Positions 17,945 to 27,183 of a DNA stretch of 28,646 bases are shown here, one piece after another. The DNA is from a virus. Lineage: Duplodnaviria; Heunggongvirae; Uroviricota; Caudoviricetes. The stretch is taken from IMG/VR virus record IMGVR_UViG_2925914267_000001, positions 1-28,646 of that record; one strand, 5' to 3'. Positions within the stretch are counted from its first letter, which is position 1. Every line of letters begins with the position of its first letter. The notes under the pieces were generated by a model. The model ran no database searches, had not been told where the DNA came from, and saw only the letters and a program-made list of their open reading frames with translations. The position numbers and the translations under genes were made by a program.

Positions 17945-18548
17945 TTCGCGCCTGCTGCCGACCGGCTCATCACCGCTTGAAGTTGCCGCCGCAAAAGCCT
18001 GTGCGGAAATTGAAAAAACGCCGGTCAGTATTCGTGAACTGTGGAACCCGGATACCTGTCCGGCAAATCTGCTGTCGTGGCTGGCGTGGTCATTTTCGGT
18101 TGACCGCTGGGATGATAAGTGGCCGGAAGCGACAAAACGCGCTGTTATCCGCGATGCGTATTTCATTCACTGCCATAAGGGCACTATAGGCGCAATCCGG
18201 CGTGTGGTGGAGCCGCTCGGCTATCTGATTGAGGTGAGGGAGTGGTGGCAGCTCAACGAGGAACCGGGGACGTTCCGCATCGTTGTTGGCGTGCTTGAGC
18301 AGGGTATTACCGAGGAAATGTATCAGGAGCTGGAGCGTCTCGTTGCTGATGCAAAACCTGCAAGCCGCCATCTGACGGGACTGGCTATCAGTTTAAGTAC
18401 AACCGGCAACATTTTTGCCGGTGCGGGATGCTATCACGGCGACGCCCTGACGGTTTATCCCTACACCCCGGAGGCCATTATTGTCGGAGGGGATTATTTC
18501 CCGGCCTCGGCCATTCATTTAATTGATAACCTGAGAGTAAACGCATGA
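17937..18548 (+). CDS. I: baseplate protein I
   Basis: 203 aa; N-terminal MSDSRLLPTGSSPLEVAAAKACAEIEKTPVSIRELWNPDT matches P2 gpI; longer than I recall for P2 (176 aa). Confidence 0.8.
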   Translation: MSDSRLLPTGSSPLEVAAAKACAEIEKTPVSIRELWNPDTCPANLLSWLAWSFSVDRWDDKWPEATKRAVIRDAYFIHCHKGTIGAIRRVVEPLGYLIEVREWWQLNEEPGTFRIVVGVLEQGITEEMYQELERLVADAKPASRHLTGLAISLSTTGNIFAGAGCYHGDALTVYPYTPEAIIVGGDYFPASAIHLIDNLRVNA

Positions 18549-19846
18549 CAGTGAAATACTACGCCATTCTGACTAATCAGGGCGCAGCACGGCTGGCTAA
18601 CGCGACGATGCTTGGCAGTAAGCTGAATCTGACGCAAATGGCCGTTGGTGATGCGAATGGTGTCTTGCCGACACCAGACCCGGCACAGACAAAACTGATT
18701 AATCAGAAACGCATTGCACCGCTGAATCTTCTGAGTGTTGACCCGAACAACCAGAGCCAGATTATTGCGGAGCAAATCATCCCTGAGAACGAGGGCGGAT
18801 TCTGGATCCGTGAGATTGGGCTTTATGATGATGAAGGCGTACTCATTGCGGTGGCCAACTGCCCGGAAACGTACAAACCGCAGTTACAGGAAGGCAGTGG
18901 TCGTACCCAGACTATCCGCATGATTCTGGTTGTCACGAATATCGAAGCCATCACGCTGAAAATCGACCCGTCGGTGGTACTGGCGACCCGTAAATATGTG
19001 GATGATGAAGTCCTGGAATTAAGGCTGTATGTGGATGACCAGATGAGAAACCACATTGCCGCACAGGATCCTCATACCCAGTATGCACAGAAACATAATC
19101 CGACATTTACCGGAGAACCAAAAGCCCCGACGCCTGCCGCAGGAAATAACACCACGCGGATTGCGACCACTGAGTTTGTTCAGGCCGCTATTACCGCTCT
19201 GATTAACGGCGCGCCAGCCACGCTGGACACACTGAAAGAAATTGCCGCAGCCATTAACAATGACCCGAAATTCAGCACCACCATTAACAATGCGCTGTCA
19301 GGTAAGCAGCCACTGGATGAGACGCTGACTCATTTGAGCGGAAAGGATGTTGCCGGCCTTCTCGCATACCTTGGTTTGGGAGAAGGCTCTGTATTACCCG
19401 TTGGTGTGCCTGTTCCGTGGCCTTCAGCCACACTGCCAACAGGCTGGCTGAAATGCAACGGGGCGGCATTTTCTGCTGAAGAATACCCGGAACTGGCAAA
19501 GGCTTACCCGACAAATATATTGCCTGATTTACGTGGTGAATTTATTCGTGGCTGGGATGACGGGCGCGGAGTGGACAGTAGCCGGACGTTGTTGTCGTGG
19601 CAAAAAGGCTCTTATCTGGTTCAGGAAGCCAATATATCACCCGACAGCGTGGTGCAGTTTTCGGTAAACGACATTGCCCTGCTGGGATGGGATAAAACTG
19701 AAACCAATTCAGATATTCTCAGAGCGAAAAGTATACCTACAGAACATATCTGGAACCCCGTTCCAGTGGGAGCCTGGGGGATTCAGTATCTGGGTTATGC
19801 AAGGCCACGTAACATTGCATTTAACTACATCGTAAGGGCTGCATGA
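18545..19846 (+). CDS. H: tail fibre protein H: constant N-terminal part plus the currently expressed variable C-terminal part
   Basis: 433 aa; N-terminus MTVKYYAILTNQGAARLANA... is P2 gpH-like; C-terminal part has a phage tail-collar-like stretch (PVGVPVPWPSATLPTGWLKCNG); the crossover site lies inside the gene at 19359-19384. Confidence 0.85.
   Translation: MTVKYYAILTNQGAARLANATMLGSKLNLTQMAVGDANGVLPTPDPAQTKLINQKRIAPLNLLSVDPNNQSQIIAEQIIPENEGGFWIREIGLYDDEGVLIAVANCPETYKPQLQEGSGRTQTIRMILVVTNIEAITLKIDPSVVLATRKYVDDEVLELRLYVDDQMRNHIAAQDPHTQYAQKHNPTFTGEPKAPTPAAGNNTTRIATTEFVQAAITALINGAPATLDTLKEIAAAINNDPKFSTTINNALSGKQPLDETLTHLSGKDVAGLLAYLGLGEGSVLPVGVPVPWPSATLPTGWLKCNGAAFSAEEYPELAKAYPTNILPDLRGEFIRGWDDGRGVDSSRTLLSWQKGSYLVQEANISPDSVVQFSVNDIALLGWDKTETNSDILRAKSIPTEHIWNPVPVGAWGIQYLGYARPRNIAFNYIVRAA
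19359..19384 (+). repeat. left gix/hix-like 26-bp crossover site TTCTCGCATACCTTGGTTTGGGAGAA
   Basis: 12-2-12 structure like hix/gix; 14 bp (TTGGTTTGGGAGAA) are perfectly inverted at 21309-21322. Confidence 0.7.
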
Positions 19847-20463
19847 TGAGCAAGAAAACCATGACTACAGCGGTGCTGAATGAATCGCGGCTGGCAACAG
19901 TTGCAGGAGAGGTTGTTGTCCACAGCTACGATAATAAGACGCGGGAATACCTTTGCACGTCAACCGAATATCTGGCTGTGGGCGTTGGCCTTCCTGCACA
20001 TTCATGCACTGATGCCCCCGGGGAAAGGCGGGCTGGTTATGCAATTTGCCGCACAGCCGACCTGACCGCGTGGGAGTACGTGCCGGACCATCGGGGTGAG
20101 ACAGTCTATAACACAGAAACCCGTGAGGCAGCAGAAATCACCACTCCGGGGGATTACCCTGAAAACACAACCACTGTCGCCCCGTTAACGCCATACGATG
20201 AATGGGATGGTGAGAAATGGGTGACAGATACTGAGGCACAGCATAGCGCCGCAGTAGGCGCGGCAGAAACACAGCGACAGTCACTGATTGATACTGCAAT
20301 GGCTTCCATTAATCTGATTCAACTGAAATTGCAGGCCGGGCGAAAACTGACGCAGACAGAAACCACCCGGCTTAACGTCGTGCTGGATTACATTGACGCG
20401 GTGACGGTAACTGATACCAGCACCGCGCCGGATATCAATTGGCCTGCTCCCCCGGAGGCGTAG
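19843..20463 (+). CDS. G: tail fibre assembly chaperone (Tfa), expressed orientation
   Basis: 206 aa; start overlaps the H stop; sits inside the invertible segment, like U of Mu. Confidence 0.75.
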   Translation: MMSKKTMTTAVLNESRLATVAGEVVVHSYDNKTREYLCTSTEYLAVGVGLPAHSCTDAPGERRAGYAICRTADLTAWEYVPDHRGETVYNTETREAAEITTPGDYPENTTTVAPLTPYDEWDGEKWVTDTEAQHSAAVGAAETQRQSLIDTAMASINLIQLKLQAGRKLTQTETTRLNVVLDYIDAVTVTDTSTAPDINWPAPPEA

Positions 20464-20851
20464 GCCAGACGGGATTTGATGTATCAACGCGCATCAGTAA
20501 GACCCGATATTTTTTCCATTCAGACAACGCGGCGGTTTCTTCTGCCGTCGCGATTTCCGCATCAAAAGCATCCTGTCTCCAGACTATTTCCTTATCAGCC
20601 ATTGAACGCAATACCGTTCTTTTCTGTTCAGCCTGAATAATCTGTTGTTCAGCGGAGAGTGGCGGGATATCAATCCATGCAGGATTACCATTTTTATCAG
20701 CCCCCAGCGTTTTGCCTTCTGGCGCTACGCCTGTGTAAATTGCCATTGTTTCATCATCAACATCAACGCCATTTTCAGGCCATGAACCGGCGCTGATATA
20801 TACCTCTTTTAGTGCTTTCGGATAGAAAGAGCCTTTATAAAATTTATTCAT
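20435..20851 (-). CDS. alternative tail fibre assembly chaperone (Tfa'), silent orientation
   Basis: 139 aa from ATG 20851 (MNKFYKGSFYPKALKEVYI...); convergent with G and overlapping it by 29 bp; begins just after the stop of the alternative fibre segment. Confidence 0.7.
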   Translation of the reverse strand: MNKFYKGSFYPKALKEVYISAGSWPENGVDVDDETMAIYTGVAPEGKTLGADKNGNPAWIDIPPLSAEQQIIQAEQKRTVLRSMADKEIVWRQDAFDAEIATAEETAALSEWKKYRVLLMRVDTSNPVWPTPPGEQAN

Positions 20852-20853
20852 TC

Positions 20854-21335
20854 TTAATACCCCAGCGCGATAAAACAACAATCTTCGGTGCCCTCTCCGG
20901 ATGGCGACCAGTTCTGAATACTGATATGCGTTCTGCTGGCAATACGCACATTCATCGCGGCATTGTAGCCAGATGTTCCACGGTTTCCGGTCGCAAACAA
21001 GCCTGCATAGGGAAAAGCAAATGGTAAGGCATATCCAGCATCAGCTCCCTTTTGTGTTGCCACCGTTCCCCACTGCAACATAAGTTTCACCGGGTTTCCT
21101 GTCGTCGCAATGCATGGAATGTAGATGTAGCCATTACCTGACATCATTGACCTGAAGCTGTCTAAATCCAGTAACTTCGAGGCATTATCTGCTCCAACAT
21201 CTCGTGTTGCAGCGGTCCCTAACTGGAGCGCATTTCGGAAGGCTGATACATCAGAAATATCAGATCCATTAGCCGATTTCTGCATAGCTCTGGAGGCTCT
21301 ATTTATCGTTTCTCCCAAACCAACGTTTATGAAAA
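20854..21335 (-). CDS. alternative tail-fibre C-terminal segment (H' variable part) with no start of its own; expressed only after inversion
   Basis: - strand frame open from the right gix-like site to stop 20854; reads ...FINVGLGETIN... across the crossover, sharing GLGE with H at the left site. Confidence 0.7.
21310..21335 (+). repeat. right gix/hix-like 26-bp crossover site TTCTCCCAAACCAACGTTTATGAAAA
   Basis: Inverted partner of the left site; resembles hixL TTCTTGAAAACCAAGGTTTTTGATAA; lies 55 bp upstream of the invertase start. Confidence 0.7.
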
Positions 21336-21390
21336 TGCAGAGATAACGGGCAAGTGGCATCATCTCCGGTTTTTATTCAGGGGGATGCTC

Positions 21391-21984
21391 ATGCTTATTG
21401 GCTATGTACGCGTGTCAACAAATGACCAGAACACGGAATTGCAGCGTAACGCGCTGGAGTGCGCAGGATGTGAGCTGATTTTTGAGGATAAAATCAGCGG
21501 CACGAAGTCCGACAGGCCGGGGCTGAAAAAACTGCTCAGAACATTATCGGAAGGTGACACTCTGGTAGTCTGGAAGCTGGACCGGCTGGGGCGTAGTATG
21601 CGGCATCTGGTCATTCTGGTTGAGGAGCTGCGCGAACGCGGCATTAATTTTCGCAGCCTGACGGATGCCATTGATACCAGCACGCCGATGGGGCGTTTTT
21701 TCTTTCATGTGATGGGTGCCCTGGCTGAAATGGAGCGAGAACTCATTGTCGAGCGGACACGCGCCGGACTGGAGGCGGCCAGAGCCAAAGGTCGTATTGG
21801 TGGCAGACGTCCGAAACTCACCGCGAGTGAGTGGGAGCAGGCCGGGCGGTTGCTGGCTGCAGGGGAATCACGTCAACGCGTGGCACTGATTTTTGATATT
21901 GGCCTGTCCACGCTCTATAAAAAATTCCCCGCCTCAGTGACAAAAAATAAATTGTGTCATCCCTTAGCCAACCGGGACAAATAG
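21391..21984 (+). CDS. serine recombinase, DNA invertase of the Gin/Cin/Pin/Hin family
   Basis: MLIGYVRVSTNDQNTELQRNAL... with the catalytic Ser in YVRVSTNDQ; C-terminal helix-turn-helix-like region; strong similarity to Gin as I recall it. Confidence 0.85.
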   Translation: MLIGYVRVSTNDQNTELQRNALECAGCELIFEDKISGTKSDRPGLKKLLRTLSEGDTLVVWKLDRLGRSMRHLVILVEELRERGINFRSLTDAIDTSTPMGRFFFHVMGALAEMERELIVERTRAGLEAARAKGRIGGRRPKLTASEWEQAGRLLAAGESRQRVALIFDIGLSTLYKKFPASVTKNKLCHPLANRDK

Positions 21985-22043
21985 CCTGACATCTCCGGCA
22001 CAACTAAAAATATCAGTCACCCATTAACCACGGAGTTAAACGG

Positions 22044-23234
22044 ATGAGTGACTATCATCACGGCGTGCAGGTGCTGGAGATTAACGACGGCACCCGCGTC
22101 ATTTCCACCGTATCCACTGCCATTGTCGGCATGGTCTGCACGGCCAGCGATGCGGATGCGGAAACCTTCCCCCTCAATAAACCGGTGCTGATTACCAATG
22201 TGCAGAGCGCAATTGCAAAGGCTGGTAAAAAAGGCACGCTGGCGGCGTCGTTACAGGCCATCGCCGACCAGTCAAAACCGGTCACCGTTGTCGTGCGTGT
22301 GGAAGACGGCACCGGTGACGACGAGGAAACGAAACTCGCGCAGACCGTTTCCAATATCATCGGCACCACCGACGAAAACGGTCAGTACACCGGACTGAAA
22401 GCCCTGCTGGCGGCAGAGTCGGTAACCGGTGTTAAACCGCGTATTCTCGGCGTGCCGGGACTGGACATCAAAGAGGTGGCTGTTGCACTGGCATCAGTCT
22501 GTCAGAAGCTGCGCGCTTTCGGGTATATCAGCGCATGGGGCTGTAAAACCATTTCCGAGGTGAAAGCCTACCGCCAGAATTTCAGCCAGCGTGAGCTGAT
22601 GGTCATCTGGCCGGATTTCCTCGCATGGGATACGGTCACCAGTACCACCGCCACCGCGTATGCCACCGCCCGTGCGCTGGGTCTGCGCGCTAAAATCGAC
22701 CAGGAGCAGGGCTGGCATAAAACGCTGTCCAATGTCGGGGTGAACGGTGTTACCGGCATCAGCGCATCCGTCTTCTGGGATTTGCAGGAGTCCGGCACCG
22801 ATGCTGACCTGCTTAACGAGTCAGGCGTCACTACGCTGATTCGCCGCGACGGTTTCCGCTTCTGGGGTAACCGTACCTGCTCCGATGACCCGCTGTTCCT
22901 CTTTGAAAACTACACCCGCACCGCGCAGGTGCTGGCCGACACGATGGCTGAGGCGCACATGTGGGCGGTGGACAAGCCCATCACTGCAACGCTGATTCGC
23001 GACATCGTTGACGGCATCAATGCCAAATTCCGTGAGCTGAAAACAAACGGCTATATCGTGGATGCGACCTGCTGGTTCAGCGAAGAATCCAACGATGCGG
23101 AAACCCTCAAGGCCGGAAAACTGTATATCGACTATGACTATACCCCGGTGCCTCCTCTTGAAAACCTGACCCTGCGCCAGCGTATTACCGATAAATACCT
23201 GGCAAATCTGGTCACCTCGGTTAACAGCAATTAA
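22044..23234 (+). CDS. FI: contractile tail sheath protein
   Basis: 396 aa; matches P2 gpFI. Confidence 0.9.
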   Translation: MSDYHHGVQVLEINDGTRVISTVSTAIVGMVCTASDADAETFPLNKPVLITNVQSAIAKAGKKGTLAASLQAIADQSKPVTVVVRVEDGTGDDEETKLAQTVSNIIGTTDENGQYTGLKALLAAESVTGVKPRILGVPGLDIKEVAVALASVCQKLRAFGYISAWGCKTISEVKAYRQNFSQRELMVIWPDFLAWDTVTSTTATAYATARALGLRAKIDQEQGWHKTLSNVGVNGVTGISASVFWDLQESGTDADLLNESGVTTLIRRDGFRFWGNRTCSDDPLFLFENYTRTAQVLADTMAEAHMWAVDKPITATLIRDIVDGINAKFRELKTNGYIVDATCWFSEESNDAETLKAGKLYIDYDYTPVPPLENLTLRQRITDKYLANLVTSVNSN

Positions 23235-23246
23235 GGAGCCTGACCG

Positions 23247-23765
23247 ATGGCAATGCCGCGCAAACTCAAGTTAATGAACGTCTTTCTGAACGGCTACAGC
23301 TATCAGGGCGTTGCAAAGTCCGTCACGCTGCCAAAACTGACCCGTAAGCTCGAAAACTATCGCGGTGCGGGGATGAACGGCAGCGCACCGGTAGACCTCG
23401 GCCTTGATGACGATGCGCTGTCAATGGAGTGGTCGCTCGGTGGTTTCCCGGATTCGGTTATCTGGGAGCTTTACGCCGCAACCGGTGTGGATGCCGTGCC
23501 GATTCGTTTTGCAGGCTCTTACCAGCGCGACGATACCGGCGAAACGGTGGCCGTCGAAGTGGTCATGCGTGGACGTCAGAAAGAAATCGACACTGGCGAG
23601 GGTAAACAGGGAGAAGACACTGAGTCGAAAATCTCCGTGGTCTGCACCTATTTCCGGCTGACGATGGACGGTAAGGAGCTGGTCGAAATTGACACCATCA
23701 ACATGATTGAGAAGGTGAACGGCGTCGACCGGCTGGAGCAACACCGCCGCAATATCGGCCTGTGA
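23247..23765 (+). CDS. FII: tail tube protein
   Basis: 172 aa; matches P2 gpFII. Confidence 0.9.
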   Translation: MAMPRKLKLMNVFLNGYSYQGVAKSVTLPKLTRKLENYRGAGMNGSAPVDLGLDDDALSMEWSLGGFPDSVIWELYAATGVDAVPIRFAGSYQRDDTGETVAVEVVMRGRQKEIDTGEGKQGEDTESKISVVCTYFRLTMDGKELVEIDTINMIEKVNGVDRLEQHRRNIGL

Positions 23766-23821
23766 TTTTCATCCGGTCAGCCTGGCTGACCGGTTAACCC
23801 CGATTCATAAGTGAGAAAACC

Positions 23822-24097
23822 ATGAACAAAGAAAATGTCATTACCCTGGACAATCCGGTCAAACGTGGTGAGCAGGTTATCGAACAGGTCACGCTGATGA
23901 AACCCAATGCCGGGACGCTGCGTGGTGTCAGTCTGGCAGCGGTCGCGAACTCCGAAGTCGATGCACTGATTAAGGTGCTGCCGCGCATGACGGCACCGAT
24001 GCTGACCGAGCAGGAAGTCGCCGCGCTGGAACTGCCTGACCTTGTGGCGCTGGCCGGTAAGGTGGTCGGTTTTTTGTCGCCGAACTCGGTGCAGTGA
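23822..24097 (+). CDS. E: tail assembly chaperone E
   Basis: 91 aa; matches P2 gpE; ends shortly after the slippery TTTTTTG. Confidence 0.85.
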   Translation: MNKENVITLDNPVKRGEQVIEQVTLMKPNAGTLRGVSLAAVANSEVDALIKVLPRMTAPMLTEQEVAALELPDLVALAGKVVGFLSPNSVQ

Positions 24098-24249
24098 CGT
24101 TTCCAAAAAATCTCTCGGTCGATGACCTGATGGCGGATGTGGCAGTGGTATTTCACTGGCCGCCATCAGAACTGTATCCCATGAGCCTGACCGAACTCAT
24201 CACATGGCGCGAAAAGGCGCTCCGGCGAAGCGGAAACACGAATGAGTAA
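23822..24249 (+). CDS. E': E+E' tail assembly chaperone made by programmed -1 frameshift
   Basis: Slippery heptamer T TTT TTG at 24070-24076; the -1 frame stays open to TAA 24247-24249 and reads ...MSLTELITWREKALRRSGNTNE; its end overlaps the T start (24242). Confidence 0.75.
24070..24076 (+). other. programmed -1 ribosomal frameshift slippery site TTTTTTG
   Basis: Seen directly; conserved E/E' (lambda G/GT-like) mechanism in P2-like tail operons. Confidence 0.7.
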
Positions 24250-26689
24250 CAATGTAAAATTACAGGTATTGCTCAGGGCTGTTGACCAGGCATCCCGCCC
24301 GTTTAAATCCATCCGCACAGCGAGCAAATCGCTGTCGGCGGATATCCGGGAAACACAAAAATCACTGCGCGAGCTGAACGGTCAGGCATCCCGTATTGAG
24401 GGATTTCGCAAGACCAGTGCACAGCTCGCCGTGACTGGTCATGCACTTGAAAAGGCACGGCAGGAGGCCGAAGCCCTTGCCACACAGTTTAAAAACACCG
24501 AACGTCCGACACGTGCTCAGGCGAAAGTGCTGGAATCCGCAAAGCGTGCGGCGGAGGACTTACAGGCGAAATATAACCGCCTGACGGATTCCGTTAAACG
24601 CCAGCAGCGGGAACTGGCCGTTGTGGGAATTAATACCCGCAATCTTGCACATGATGAGCAGGGACTGAAAAACCGTATCAGTGAAACCACCGCACAGCTT
24701 AACCGTCAGCGTGACGCGCTGGCTCGTGTCAGTGCGCAACAGGCAAAACTTAACGCAGTAAAACAGCGTTATCAGGCAGGCAAGGAACTGGCCGGAAATA
24801 TGGCCTCAGTGGGCGCTGCCGGTGTGGGGATTGCGGCGGCGGGAACGATGGCCGGAGTTAAGTTGCTGATGCCCGGTTATGAGTTTGCGCAGAAAAACTC
24901 AGAATTGCAGGCCGTGCTCGGAGTGGCAAAAGACTCCGCCGAAATGACCGCACTCCGCAAGCAGGCGCGCCAGCTCGGCGACAATACCGCCGCTTCGGCG
25001 GATGATGCGGCCGGTGCACAGATAATCATCGCGAAAGCGGGTGGGGATGTTGATGCCATTCAGGCGGCAACGCCGGTCACGCTGAATATGGCGCTGGCGA
25101 ACCGCCGCACGATGGAAGAAAACGCCGCCCTGCTGATGGGGATGAAATCCGCCTTTCAGCTTTCAAACGATAAGGTCGCTCATATCGGGGATGTTCTCTC
25201 CATGACGATGAACAAAACCGCCGCCGATTTTGACGGCATGAGCGATGCGCTGACCTATGCCGCACCTGTGGCAAAAAATGCCGGTGTCAGCATTGAAGAA
25301 ACCGCCGCAATGGTCGGGGCGCTGCATGATGCAAAAATCACAGGCTCAATGGCGGGGACGGGAAGCCGTGCCGTGTTAAGCCGCCTGCAGGCACCGACGG
25401 GAAAAGCATGGGATGCACTCAAAGAGCTTGGTGTGAAAACCTCAGACAGCAAGGGAAACACCCGGCCAATATTTACCATTCTGAAAGAAATGCAGGCCAG
25501 TTTTGAGAAAAACCGGCTCGGTACTGCCCAGCAGGCTGAATACATGAAAACTATTTTCGGGGAGGAGGCCAGCTCAGCCGCCGCCGTGCTGATGACTGCC
25601 GCCTCAACCGGAAAGCTGGACAAACTGACCGCTGCGTTTAAAGCCTCAGACGGGAAGACCGCCGAGCTGGTAAATATCATGCAGGACAACCTAGGCGGTG
25701 ACTTTAAAGAGTTTCAGTCCGCTTATGAGGCGGTAGGGACAGACCTGTTTGACCAGCAGGAAGGCGCACTGCGTAAGCTCACACAGACGGCCACAAAGTA
25801 TGTGTTAAAACTCGACGGCTGGATACAGAAAAACAAATCACTGGCGTCAACCATTGGCATCATTGCCGGTGGCGCGCTGGCGCTTATTGGCATCATCGGT
25901 GCCATTGGTCTTGTAGCCTGGCCGGTTATCACTGGCATCAATGCCATCATCGCGGCAGCAGGCGCAATGGGGGCAATCTTCACGACGGTTGGCAGTGCTG
26001 TTATGACGGCCGTCGGGGCGATTAGCTGGCCGGTTGTGGCCGTGGTGGCCGCCATTGTCGCCGGGGCGTTGCTTATCCGTAAATACTGGGAGCCTGTCAG
26101 CGCATTCTTTGGCGGTGTGGTGGAAGGGCTGAAAGCGGCATTTGCGCCGGTGGGGGAACTGTTCACGCCACTTAAACCGGTGTTTGACTGGCTGGGTGAA
26201 AAGTTACAGGCCGCGTGGCAGTGGTTTAAAAACCTGATTGCCCCGGTTAAAGCCACACAGGACACCCTGAACCGTTGCCGTGACACGGGCGTCATGTTCG
26301 GGCAGGCACTGGCTGACGCGTTGATGCTGCCGCTTAATGCGTTCAACAAACTGCGCAGTGGTATTGACTGGGTACTGGAAAAACTCGGTGTTATCAACAA
26401 AGAGTCAGACACACTTGACCAGACCGCCGCAAGGACTAATGCCGCCACGTATGGCACCGGTGGTTATATTCCGGCGACCAGCTCTTATGCAGGCTATCAG
26501 GCTTATCAGCCGGTCACGGCACCGGCTGGCCGCTCTTATGTAGACCAGAGTAAAAACGAATATCACATCAGCCTGACGGGTGGTACTGCGCCGGGGACAC
26601 AGCTTGACCGCCAGTTACAGGATGCGCTCGAAAAATACGAGCGGGATAAACGTGCGCGCGCCCGTGCCAGCATGATGCATGACGGTTAA
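24242..26689 (+). CDS. T: tail tape-measure protein
   Basis: 815 aa; matches P2 gpT; Ala/Gly-rich hydrophobic central region. Confidence 0.9.
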   Translation: MSNNVKLQVLLRAVDQASRPFKSIRTASKSLSADIRETQKSLRELNGQASRIEGFRKTSAQLAVTGHALEKARQEAEALATQFKNTERPTRAQAKVLESAKRAAEDLQAKYNRLTDSVKRQQRELAVVGINTRNLAHDEQGLKNRISETTAQLNRQRDALARVSAQQAKLNAVKQRYQAGKELAGNMASVGAAGVGIAAAGTMAGVKLLMPGYEFAQKNSELQAVLGVAKDSAEMTALRKQARQLGDNTAASADDAAGAQIIIAKAGGDVDAIQAATPVTLNMALANRRTMEENAALLMGMKSAFQLSNDKVAHIGDVLSMTMNKTAADFDGMSDALTYAAPVAKNAGVSIEETAAMVGALHDAKITGSMAGTGSRAVLSRLQAPTGKAWDALKELGVKTSDSKGNTRPIFTILKEMQASFEKNRLGTAQQAEYMKTIFGEEASSAAAVLMTAASTGKLDKLTAAFKASDGKTAELVNIMQDNLGGDFKEFQSAYEAVGTDLFDQQEGALRKLTQTATKYVLKLDGWIQKNKSLASTIGIIAGGALALIGIIGAIGLVAWPVITGINAIIAAAGAMGAIFTTVGSAVMTAVGAISWPVVAVVAAIVAGALLIRKYWEPVSAFFGGVVEGLKAAFAPVGELFTPLKPVFDWLGEKLQAAWQWFKNLIAPVKATQDTLNRCRDTGVMFGQALADALMLPLNAFNKLRSGIDWVLEKLGVINKESDTLDQTAARTNAATYGTGGYIPATSSYAGYQAYQPVTAPAGRSYVDQSKNEYHISLTGGTAPGTQLDRQLQDALEKYERDKRARARASMMHDG

Positions 26690-26703
26690 GGAGGTGACGA
26701 AAA

Positions 26704-27183
26704 ATGATGCTCGCGTTAGGTATGTTTGTTTTTATGCGCCAGACGCTGCCACACCAGACCATGCAGCGTGAATCAGATTATCGCTGGCCGTCAAATTCCC
26801 GTATCGGTAAACGGGATGCCTTTCAGTTTCTCGGTGTGGGTGAGGAAAACATCACGCTTGCCGGTGTGCTTTATCCCGAACTGACCGGCGGAAAGCTGAC
26901 GATGACCACGCTCAGGCTGATGGCAGATGAAGGCCGGGCGTGGCCGTTGCTGGATGGCACCGGCATGATTTACGGCATGTATGTCATCAGCAAGGTGAGT
27001 GAAACAGGGAGTATTTTCTTTGCAGACGGCACACCCCGGAAAATTGATTTTACGCTGTCGCTCACCCGCGTTGATGAATCACTGGCCGCGCTTTATGGCG
27101 ATATCGGTAAACAGGCGGAGTCGCTCATCGGTAAGGCCGGCAGTATGGCGACCAGATTCACAGGTATGACGGGGGCGGGATAA
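26704..27183 (+). CDS. U: tail protein U
   Basis: 159 aa; matches P2 gpU. Confidence 0.85.
   Translation: MMLALGMFVFMRQTLPHQTMQRESDYRWPSNSRIGKRDAFQFLGVGEENITLAGVLYPELTGGKLTMTTLRLMADEGRAWPLLDGTGMIYGMYVISKVSETGSIFFADGTPRKIDFTLSLTRVDESLAALYGDIGKQAESLIGKAGSMATRFTGMTGAG

Larger units (their letters stand above)
19359..21335. other. invertible tail-fibre host-range segment (about 1.98 kb) bounded by the inverted gix-like sites
   Basis: Two alternative fibre C-termini and two Tfa genes in opposite orientations between inverted 26-bp sites, with a serine invertase gene adjacent; Mu G-segment / P1 C-segment architecture. Confidence 0.75.

Noticed and set aside
17555-18166. 203-aa - strand ORF across J and I
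   Set aside because: Antisense to conserved baseplate genes; likely spurious.
25723-26457. 244-aa - strand ORF antisense to the tape-measure gene
   Set aside because: Lies wholly inside the well-supported T gene on the opposite strand; Ala/Ser-rich low-complexity translation typical of antisense frames in GC-rich coding DNA.
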